Positions 27,901-39,900 of a DNA stretch of 64,000 bases are shown one piece after another; position 1 is the stretch's first letter, and each line of letters opens with the position of its first letter. The notes beneath the pieces were generated by a model. It saw only the letters and a program-made list of their open reading frames with translations, was not told the DNA's origin and did not search any database. A program made the position numbers and the translations under genes. The DNA lies in assembly GCF_964204645.1 (NCBI RefSeq), contig NC_134029.1, positions 22,438,950 through 22,502,949 of the forward strand. The letters are read 5' to 3'. The DNA is from Tubulanus polymorphus (lineage: Eukaryota > Animalia > Nemertea).

Positions 27901-30900
27901 CGATGTTTTATGTAAATTCTATATTTGATGAGTATTTCTCCTTCATTCTTCGTCGTCGATAGATTCGTATTTTCCGAGGAAATGAGGCGATTAATTATCA
28001 TGTCATTATCCTCTATTTATCATATTTTCACATGATATTCATTACCAGCAGTATAAATATTATTCTGATAAATCTTCTGTATCGTTACGATGAATGATGA
28101 TACAGTTTATTCTGACAGTATCGAAATCTATCTTCCGAGAAACGGAAATGAATGATATTTTTAAAAACGGAATGATTTCGTCGTATCATCAGCAGATCTG
28201 TCGTGTCATCAGCAACAAGTTTTTAACTATTCTGTATTGTTTTTATTGAGACCCATTTCATTCATAAGAGGTCATTTCTATTGATTATGATGGGATCACA
28301 TTTTTATTGGGATATTGACTGATTTTCTTAATGGTGCAGCTGTGATTGCGCTGTCTGTACCCACGCCCTCCAGACTATTACCATCCGTTTACAGAGCTGA
28401 TTGTCAAGACCGTCTCTACTCAAAAGGCATTTCTATTTGACGCAAATTTAAGTTTTAACCTGACTTCAGAGACATTAAATCACCAGATTAATCCCTGCTT
28501 GAGATTTTAGATTTGATAATTTCACAAATTAGAAGTTTTTTGGACAGTTGAAAAAACCTAGTCAACCACGTTGATAAAGGTACACGGAAAATTTGTGAAA
28601 GCTTTTTAAGACTTTTTTAGAAACTGAGACTTCTGACTTCTACATTAGCGTTTGAGATAAGATTGGTTCATTCACAATCATTCCAATTCTAGGGAGGAAT
28701 ATATCACCGGTGGAACTGACAATCCACCATTGAGGTGGAACTGACTATCCACCATTGAGGTGGAACTGACTATCCAATATTGAGTTGGAACTGACTATCC
28801 ACCCTTGAGTTGGAACTGACTATCCACCATTGAGTTGGAACTGACTATCCACCATTGAGTTGGAACTGACTATCCACCATTGAGTTGGAACTGACTATCC
28901 ACCATTAAGGTGGAACTGACTATCCACCATTAAGGTGGAACTGACTATCCACCATTGAGGTGGAACTGACTATCCACCATTGAGGTGGAACTGACTATCC
29001 ACCATTGAGGTGGAACTGACTGTCCACCATTGAGGTGGAACTGACTATCCACCATTGAGGTGGAACTGACTATCCACCATTGAGTTGGAACTGACTATCC
29101 ACCATTGATAGAACAATACAAAAGCATTTTTCTCAGTTACTATATTATTGATACATGTATTGTGTATCGCGATCCTCGTCCTCCGTATTTATGCAAGTAT
29201 GATGATAAATACCATCACCGGATACATACACCACTCCGGTACAACAATTTGCATCGATGAAATCCCTGTTCTAGATACGAGACACCGTCCATAGAATGGG
29301 TTGAAAGGAGAGACGTCGACGCAACATTTGTCATCGTTCGTTTTCTAAAAACACACATGAGACGTCGCGGTTGTGCATCATTAACGTTAAGTATATTAGA
29401 TTTCACGGGTTTACGTCGCGGTGAGCTAACTTATAGCAAAGCCATCTATATTCACTATCTGCATTGTTAAATGGAATGGATTTAGATTTGATTAATGATC
29501 GCTATTTATTATGATCGGCTACCGAAGTATCTTCGGTTTATTTCACGCGAAAGTCATCGGAATCTTATAGATTGCCGCGTTGTTGACGCGATGACACTTT
29601 CGTAATTAGTTTTCACAAAACTTGTTGAAGCCGGAAACACAGAAACGCAACTTAGATTGATCGCGAAACATCGACTTAAAACATCGAGCTGTTTTAGATT
29701 TCCTCGATCGGATCGGATTATGAATTTGTATAGCGTCTTGTAAATTGCTGATTTATCAAAGTGCTCTCAGGAAACAGGTGATGACTTGAGCTGTCCTATG
29801 AATGCCGTGAAAGAGTCGGTATCATCGGCGAGGGGTTGGGTAGGGAATTCCACACGATAGGTGCAATGCAAACGACTCCAGACGATACGATCTAACCGAG
29901 GGAAGGTTGTCTGACTCGAAGAGGTTATGCATTATGATAATGTATTTCATAACTAACAGAAGAGTTTAGTTTTTTCTTTAGTTCGTAGTTTCAGTCTGAA
30001 GTCGTTGAGATAGCGCTGTATCGATGATGTACAAGTCGTATGCCAGACACGAAACAGAACCTGTCATCTTGTTGCGTTCGTCTTCCCGGATCCGATCTTT
30101 ACTTACTGTTCTAAACAAATTGTCTCGTGCTCGGCCCGTGTTTTTCCACTCGCTTCTACAACTAATAAATTAGATTTGCATCAATGATTAGTAGTTTTCC
30201 TCTGCTCGGTTACTGATGACTAGAATTCTAAGATTGGGAGTCTCTTCGGAAGGACTGTTGTCCGTAATTTTCCGCATTCTCATATCATCTCATTGCAGAG
30301 TTTTTCAACTGCTCGCGTTTCTGGTTGAGTGAAGGGTTTTATGCGATTTCCGAATCGCCAATCGAACCCGATTTAATATGATGGCAGTTTGCCGTGAAAG
30401 TGCACCGTCTCGATGTCGTATCGTCGGAGCCAACCGGTGTAGAAGATGTCCGAGTGTAATATTCTGGATCATGTCCACTATTCCGGCAGGACGGAGTGGC
30501 TCATAAATTCTGGCCATTAATAGCGCGCATACGAATTCTCATGACGGTTTTGTCAAATAATGCAATCATCTGCAAACCTAGCAGTCTCATAAATTACAGC
30601 TCGACAGACATTGCTGGGATGCACACTGATTTAAATAGCGCAGTCCTACCGGTAATGAGTATACATTCATCACAGCCGTTGTTAGCTGTCAGTTGATATG
30701 GTGCTCGCGGTCCAAGGATATTATATTTTTTTTTTCAGGAAAAAAGCGCCGTTTGATGGTTTATTTCGATAGTCTATGAATGAATGTCTCGACCATTTAT
30801 CTAAAATGCTTATTGATTCTCATTACCGACCATAAAAGCTTCGACGCTTCGCTTGTCGGAAGTAACACTTCCCGAAATTCCTCGTTATAATTATACGGCA

Positions 30901-33900
30901 ATCGGATTCCAACTATCGGATAAGTTATTCGTTGCACACACATGCGATTGCCTTATATTACTTCAACCCATATTTTCTTTCATACCTCGTCATAATTGCC
31001 CGCAATTTCATATATACCGCGCGCTGTAAGTAGAAATTATTACTGCAAGTAACATTTGCATAATTGGCCATGAAAATTCCAGTTGGACAGCGCTTACATG
31101 AAAAATAAAAGCTGTTATCAGTTTATCCATATGATGATTAGAATATTGGCTCGATAGGATTTAGGGTAGATACCGCGCAAATATTTCAGCCAGTCTGAGC
31201 TGTTTAAGAACATTATACCCCTCTATTGTGTTCATATGTGTTCATTTAAGTCCGGTGATTTCAAGTGTAATGGAGGGAGGTTAGTGTATAGTCTATCAAT
31301 ATATGTTCTGTTTGAGAGCCTTAATTAAATTTTTTGTGTTAAGCCCGAGCCTAATCCGGCTCGGGCTTAACACTAAAAATTCAAACATTCACACTGGTGC
31401 CAAATGGGCCTTTGCCTGTTCGACGCAGGTCAAATTTGGCCGACCTAAACCAGGCCGGTGCCAAATTCAAGCACAGGTCAGATTATTGTGTGTGTGAATG
31501 TGAATAAGTTCTGGAAGTGACTCACTTCGCTTTGTCACAACATGTTTAGTATGGTCATGGATGTAAATACGTCCATGGTATGGTATACATGTAAATGTGC
31601 CCTCTCATTAGGACTCGCGCCAAATTTTATCCGGGCCAATTTGTTCTCACTGTTTTCGTTGTCTTGTATTTTCAGACAACGAAACGTTCACCAGTTTCTC
31701 GAATCCGAACTACCAGTTGAACGAAGATGACGCCCTCAATTCGAACATCGCGTCCCCGATCACTCCAACATCCGTTCAGTATTACGAGGGACAGCTATAC
31801 GACGATATCAGTCCCGATATTCTATCCACAACTCGGACATCGTCGTCGACCACTTCGAACAACACTTCAAAACGTCGCCGAAATTATGCACAATTGGACA
31901 TTAAATCAATGGGAATAAACCTAACGGATCCCTCGTCACGACCGACGAACTGTAGCCGTACGAGATGCGGGGATCTGAAAACCCCAGATAGTGTGTGTTC
32001 CATAGATAGTCAGCGATCGGATGACGACTCATTACCATATGCGGATGATAGCTCATTAGCATATGCAGATGAGAGTGCCAGCGATCGCCAGACGGTTGAG
32101 TGTTCGAACAATCAGGAGACCGACGATGACCTCGATTGTAATAGTCTTACTCCATCCTATGCAGAAACGAAATCTGGGTTCTTGGGATATTACGCGAGTC
32201 TGGAAAAATCTCTGAAAGCCGCCGAGACGGAGCGCCATCGCGAGGCCGTTAGTACGGACGAATCGGAAGGTGAAGATGACGAAGACGTAGATGATGATGA
32301 TGATGAAGATGAGGTGGAAGAGCAAGAAAAAGAAGAGCGGGCTGATGAACGAACTCGATTGTTGCCTCCCGAAACAAACGTGAATCAGACAGATACGGAT
32401 AAATCCAATAATCCAGAAAGGTGGGCATCAATTCACTTTTCAAAACAATTTCCTTATTATTTGAAATACTATGAATTAAAGTCTTGCCGAAATACAAAAA
32501 TTAACTATAAACAGAAAATAAATATTCAAGCAACATTAAGATGGGTTCACCAGTGAAACAAAGTCATCTCATTATCGTAGTGATAATTCTTACGCAACCT
32601 TAATAATGATAATGATAATGATAATGATGTAATTGTTAAATGAAAAACCTCGTTCCACCGCTTGCTTACTACCTTTATCATCATAGTCCATACCGGTTTC
32701 AGCTATTTTTCTATCATTACCTAGATTGTGATGCCTATTCTGTACTTCTGAGATATTGTAGATAGTTTTCCTTATAGCTTTCGCTTATTGGTGAATTCCA
32801 TGTTTGATGCTTTGATAGCAGTCTCGTGTATGTTGCTTAGCCGTATATCTGATGAGTTTATTAGATTGAACTAGGAGGCTTTGGTGGTTGTTTATTTTAT
32901 GCTTTTTGTAGAAGGTTATCAATTTCCACTCAATTAAACAAGTTATTGTATGAAATCCATGAACGGAAATTTCCAACTATGTACTTACTTTCGATTTCAA
33001 ACCCTCTGTAAGGGAAAGCAAATAAATAACTGTAGAAATGAATGAGGAATATTGACAGGTGCTGGCATCTTTCATTATTGATGAAAACTAATTACCAATT
33101 ACATCAATACACCACGGTGCAGTGTACTAGCAAAGTCCACAATGTTTACACAGCACTGAAAGGGTTAATATGATTATAGGTTATAGCTTAAAACCAAATG
33201 TCAGCTTTTTGATGAAATGTACTTTATTTTTGAGTGGAGATTGTACGGTTTCTATAATTTCTATACTCTACACAAACTTACACTGACACAAGCGCATATC
33301 ACTGTGTTCCTTGGTCGTCTCCAATAGCTACTGCTTCACTCTTGCATTGTTGCTCCACTTTTGGTGTTACAGTTTCTCGGACAAAACAAAGTGTATTAAT
33401 TCTCCCGACTCCAATGATAGTGGTATCCAGGCTGACCACCAGGGGGAGCAGCGCGAACTAAGCAGCCATGATCTCTACCAACTGTCGTTGAAGTCCGCAT
33501 CGACGGCCAAGGTGAAATTGCGCAACCCGGCGAAGACTGCGACCAACAACAGCAACAAAACAAGTCCAACTGAAGATAATAATTCTGCTGAGGTAAGATT
33601 CAAGTGTTTTGTATAATAATTAGCTCATTATTAGTCTGTCAGTACAAGACAATGATCTATCACTATCGTACATATCTGTTGATGATTTTCAAATTGAATA
33701 TTGAAATGACTTTTTAGATTAAATTTTCTAAATCGATATGTGTTGTTTATATTGCTCTGGTGAGGCAGCAGCAATAGAGGCTTTACGTGTGTGTATATCA
33801 GTCTTCCATCGGTATTCCTGATATTAATCGCAACTTCTTTGAAGATCAAAACATTTTGCACTGTTTACTATTGACAGTATTCTTTACATCCACAATGTTT

Positions 33901-36900
33901 TCTTACTCGATATTGGCATCGGTATGCGGATCATCGTGCTTTAGGAATTCCACTTGACTCTTTGATGCCACTTCGTCGGCTTGGCCAAGGTCATTCACCA
34001 TTTTTAATACATATTGAGCCCTTTTATAGGTGTACTCCATTAGAACCGTGGAATTTTAGTGGACATATCAATATTATACATTGTTCTGAGGGTTAGTAAC
34101 GAATTTACAAACTATCGAAGTCAATTCAAATGAATATTATTAAATTGATTTCACTTGGTTCATACAGACCAGGTATGATATGTTTATCTGGCGTATTCTA
34201 GGAATTTGTACAGATGTCTACGCATGTTCAGTCAAGTCGATGCTGATGAACACGTTTGGTTGAAATATAGGTTGTTTTTATCCCGACGTAGAGTAAGAGA
34301 GCTACTGATGCACTCTTGAGATACTAAAAGCCTCCCTGAATACGAAATGATCTCATGAATTGTGGTGCTGTAGGAAAAGTGACAGAAATTGATACAGAGA
34401 TTGAGAGTTGGTATATGTTTTGCTCTCTTGTAATAAGATGGTTTGGACAGTTTATGGATGTAGACAGTGTTTATCCATTGGAAGCATCCAGGACGTTAGC
34501 ACCTGAAATGGAAACCTTTTCACAATCTGATGGCAAATTGTGATGCATTTCTGTATTCAATGAAAGGAGGCTATCGGTTGCATGGCTTTGAATACGAATG
34601 AATCACGAACGAACCTGCGTTGGGTTCTGGATGCAAGACATCAAACGGAATAATCTAATCCAGCTAAATTGATCAGGACAGTGCAACAAGGTTCATAGAA
34701 CCCACAAATATTATTATGTTGAATATCATCATTTGATTCATCAGACTCAGTTAATACGGAAAGCCTCTCGGCTGCTAGGGTGTAATTACCACCAGTTGTA
34801 CAACTGTCTAGACTTTACACATAGTCTATAAATATTGAGATAACTCATCTTACAATGGAGCTTTACTGAATTATATTGAAGCGTTACTTCATGCTGAAAC
34901 AACCTTCTGCTATTTCATACTTCTTCAATAAACAGCACTGCCAGCTCTACATCTGAATGTGGGTTATCGTTATATTGGCCCATATGGTTCAATCGTCTTA
35001 ACTCTGGAGTTTTCTTATCCTGGTGGTTTCGGAATGTATTCACTATAGAGGCACTAGGAGTTCATAACATGGTTCTAATTTGTCAGCTGTAATTGTGCTG
35101 ATGAACGACAATTGATGGATAGATTTAGAAAGCGAATTGCTGACGCTCCGTATTTCAAGCGCGAAAGGATTTTTATTATGTATTTTTGTCGATGACTTAT
35201 TTGGTCGGGGATGAATTGGATACGTATCAGTTTTGCCGTTGTTCAGTATCAGTTCTGGTATCTGTGGTCTAGTATGAACCAATTGGATGATCACAGCGAA
35301 TGTTTAAATTACACTTGAGATTTGAGATAAGTATCTGTATGCAATATAAGCGATACATATCATGATGCTGCAACTATGAAGGAAAGCTGTTCTGGATTCA
35401 CATACGAATAAAGATATCTCTTTCTCCAGATCATAAAAACTCAATCTTTTTTCGTGCATATAACATTTGTATTTCGGAAAGATGTGGTTGCGTATCTTTG
35501 TTTTTATCATGGGATTATGAAATCATTACGAAAGTCAAAAATTAGGATGGGATTTCCAAAATATACTTACAAGGTATATAACATGTACACTATCGAATGC
35601 AGCTTATGTAGGCATTATAACCTACAGTTGTGTGTTTTTTATATTTTCAGCCTGAAGCAAAAGAAGAACTGCCCCCTGGATGGCAGAAACATGAAGGTAA
35701 GATTGTTCTACCAGGTTTTTATTTCTGTAAGGAAGATTTACCAATGATATTGCCTTCTCAACATGCTCATTAGAAATACCTTGCTTAATACTTATAAGAT
35801 TGTGGCCGTATTGCATTTATCAGTGAATAAGTTTCGTAACTTATTCAGAGATCAGTAATCTGTACCGTAACTTGAGTGTTTTAGTAGCGGTTTGTGGTTC
35901 ATATCCTCCCAGGAATGTATAAACAAAAGGGGAAGGCGAAGTAATTGCGGAATACCTAAGTACCCTGACAACTGACTTCGCAAATGTTCATGAAACTCTT
36001 CTGACGTAACAAACGTCTGCATTTCTTCTCACGTCGACTTAAAAATTTGTCGATGATGAGTGTTTCAGTATTTAGAAGATGGTACTGTTGTAGCTATTGC
36101 TGCGATACATAAACAGCTGGTTAATTTATGAAACTTGTCCAAACAGTAAGAAGTCTCTCTGCTTCTAAATTGATCTCACGGGTAGCAACAATGTAAATTC
36201 ACCTGTTGCTTGCTGTAAATCATGTATGAGGATTTACGGACAGTAGATTCAGGTAATTCATAAATGCGCTCGTGTGAGTCATAACTTTACTCGGATAGAA
36301 GTCAGAAATTGTGACGTTTTGAGGATTTTTGAAGTAAAGATCCATAGACGTCTCAGCTTCAGAGATGACTGAGGACCTGTTAGAAGTGGTGATGTCTTTG
36401 ATTATTTACCTATGTGTTCAATGCGTATATATTTTCAGATGAGAATGGTCCTTACTACTGGCATATCAAAAGCGGTACTATACAGAGGGATCCACCATCA
36501 AAACACCAGCGACCACTTTCCATAGCTAGTGATATTTCTATCGTAAGCATTTCTTTATCAATTCACTCGAAAAACACGTCTGCAGTTCATCAAAAAGTGG
36601 TAATCATCGATTCGTTTCTTTTTACAGAGTTCAACATTCAGTTCTTTGACATCTCCGACATTCCCCGAAACTCCAGGCAGTTGTACGTCTGGTCTTTCTG
36701 AAGATGAATCCGATCATCTCAATGCTTTAAAAGAACACGCTTTCAACTATATGTACGCGTCGGAATCATTGAGAAATCTGTAAGTATCTTCTCTTCATTC
36801 GCTGCCATCTTACGACGACTTCGTGAACCAATAACCATTACACCTCGGATATTATCTCTAGGTATACCCCATCAGATGATTCCGATGCAAGTTGCGGTTC

Positions 36901-39900
36901 GGACAAAAGCGAGAAGAACAAGTTTAAGATCAGATTCGCCGTACGTTCGCTCGGCTGGGTGAAGATTGCCGAAGAAGATTTAACTTCCGAACGTAGCAGT
37001 AAAGCAGTGAATAAATGTATCGTCGATCTGTCATTAGGACGTAATGACATCAATGATGTGGTCGGCAGATGGGGAGATGTAAGTCTTTGAAAACATTTTA
37101 GATTTAGACTACGTTCTCGATCTTGAAAAAAAACCCACCACAACTGCCAGAAACCGGAAATTGAAGCATAAAGTCGGATGAACAGACGAACTTACAGAAT
37201 GTTTTGCTTTAAATCGAAGAAGTAGATCATAGGAAATTTCAGTAGAATACTCTCTTAACTATTGATTAGACGAACTCGATTTGAATTCTCATTGTTTCAG
37301 GGTAAAGATCTCTACATGGATTTGGACAACTCATGTCTGACGTTGATTGATCCGCAAGACGAAACAGTTCTCAACAAACAAGTCATACAATCTATCAGAG
37401 TTTGGGGAGTTGGTCGAGACAATGGCAGGTCAGTTGAATTTATCAGATCACTCGCTTTCTGTGATTTGGGTTTTGTCTGCTATATGAAAACTTTGAGAAC
37501 TTCCGAGCGCGTGTGCGCAACTTCTCAATATTTTCATAGGCAGATGGGAAGTATTTGTGAGTGAAAAGTAGATACCTCGTGTTAGAACCATTGATAACTT
37601 TCTCGCTTCGGGAATCTGTGTGGATCATGCTCTTTGAATCATTCTGTTTCTTCTCTTCATGCTTTCATCTTAATAGAGAAAGGTAACGATTAAATACTAA
37701 TCATTTTTCATCGCTTTTTGTAGAACTTTTTCTATTCTTGTTGTCGTTATCGTTGTGTTGTTTATTCGTTAAGTCAAGATTTTCCTATCTATTCAAGTTT
37801 TTGTTGTTTATTGTCGTAAAATGGCGATCATCTCACTGAAAAACTACTTAACACATTTTACATTCTAGACAGCAGTTTTCTACGATGAATTACCGAATGA
37901 TTTTGTGTCCCGTGCAGTCGGGCGGTTTATTATTACGTAGCTGATGACCATTTCCTATGTAGATTCGCGAGATGTCTCGTTTGTATCGGCGCGAAACTGG
38001 ATAAAAGCACCAATTACCGTCTCGGGACAAATGGATACAAATAACCGCCCATTGTCCAGTTGATTGGGTATTGTTGTAATTGGTAAAGCTACGTCTAGAA
38101 TCAGCAATACTATTTCGCGACTAAGTTCGCTGATGGCCGTGCCCTAAATGGTGAAAGTTTTATAGACTTGCTCGCTAAATGAAGATTGATGATGTCTGGC
38201 TTTGCTCAGCATGTTGTTCCTGCTAGCATCGAGAATCGGCCAGACAGTGTTTCTTGACACTGAATCTATCAGCAATCTTCATTAACTACAAAAAGATATT
38301 TCAGCATCTACACAGTTGATACTGCATATTGTACAGTTGACATGATGTCGTATTTACCAATGATACGTTAAATTCATGCGCGTTATGATTACTGGATCAC
38401 TACCGCCATCTATCAGAATTACTGAAAAGTTATCGCTGCAGCTTTGAGTATCTGTAATGCGATATAACCGTTTCTACAAGAGCGTAAAGTGATCTTTACT
38501 TTTTCCCCATGTCATGAAAACGAAACTAATGCATTTTTGAATGAATAGCTTGTCTCGCGTTAATTCTTATCAGCTTACAGAATACGGGCTTTAAGCTTCC
38601 ATTTCGGAAACATATAGATTTCATGAAATGTCATCAAACGCGTGCAGCTAAATCACTATTTAATACACCGTATGTTTATCAATGTTTATTATCCTCTTAC
38701 CTGGTGTCGTGTGAGTGTGGGGGTAGATACTGCTGTCTGTTGTGGCTGCTCAGCAACATGCTCGTATAGACATATACATTTAGATGAATTTTGTCAGTTG
38801 CGGTAGCAGGAAACGCAAGCATTCTCTTCAGTTTACGGGTCGCTTCGTATCGACAGATTGTTCGATCATTAATCTATTTATTATTCACGGAACGATTGAT
38901 CCCGTGCCAATATTGATCGATCAAAAAGAGCGAACGTTTCATAAGAGACCTGATACGCGCTGAAATAAAGCGGATAATTAGAACAAAGAAAATATTAGAC
39001 ATCGTCTAGATTCGAAAGCACGATCGCCTTTGGTTAACGGTATAAAGACCTGTTTGAAAATCGACTGTTTTGAAATATTTGTAGGGATTTCGCGTACGTC
39101 GCTCGTGATAAGGTATCGAGGAAGCATATGTGTCACGTATTCCGATGCGACACGCCTGCCAGAGAAATCGCCAACACTCTACGAGATATCTGTAAGAAAC
39201 TGATGTACGAACGAAGTATGAGACACGGCGACCCGTTCGCGTCTGCTCAGCGCTCGTCAACGATACGTCCGAATAATCTACCGAATCTAGAGAAGAACAA
39301 CGAACCAAACGGACAGAGTTATACTTTCCAGAGTTTATACAAAAGTAAGTAGAATCTTTTCAATTCGCGATCGGTTCTAATTAAATGGTTTCATTCCAAT
39401 TACATGTTAGATTTAGATGTTGTGCATTTTGTTGAAACTTCCGTATCATGAGTATACGATGTTTGCTTGTGGTTCTCCTGTCAACCTGATCAAGTTATGC
39501 ATTATAATCTATAATTTGATATCGAAATATTCATAATGCTCTATATATTTTACTACATGAAATACATAATGATACTGGCAATCATGATAATAATCATAAT
39601 AATAATAATATGACATCGTTATTATTATTGATATTAGTATCGTAAAGTATTTCATCTATTAAGATTTATAAAGTGTTATGAATATTTCGACATTGAATTA
39701 TAGATTCATTCCATTATAATTCGTGCGACTCGATCAGGGTGACAGTTCTCTTGACGGATCGGTGAAAGTTTTCGAAACATGTCTGAGAACTGTTCTGCAA
39801 TTTCAATTCTCTTATCGTTCATGTTCACTGTTGCCGACACTGAACTAATTTAACGGATACGTTGATCTGTAATTAAGATTCAGACGAGTACGTCGCGCTC

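Noticed and set aside
28709-29108. CRISPR array (25-bp palindromic repeats)
   Set aside because: The units are head-to-tail with no unique spacers, there are no cas genes, and the array sits in a eukaryotic intron.
32421-32556. C-terminal part of ORF 31717..32556 as protein
   Set aside because: It is read-through into the AT-rich intron after the donor at 32420/32421.
33415-33432. DSGIQA as a beta-TrCP phosphodegron
   Set aside because: It lacks the second Ser/Thr of the DSGxxS consensus.
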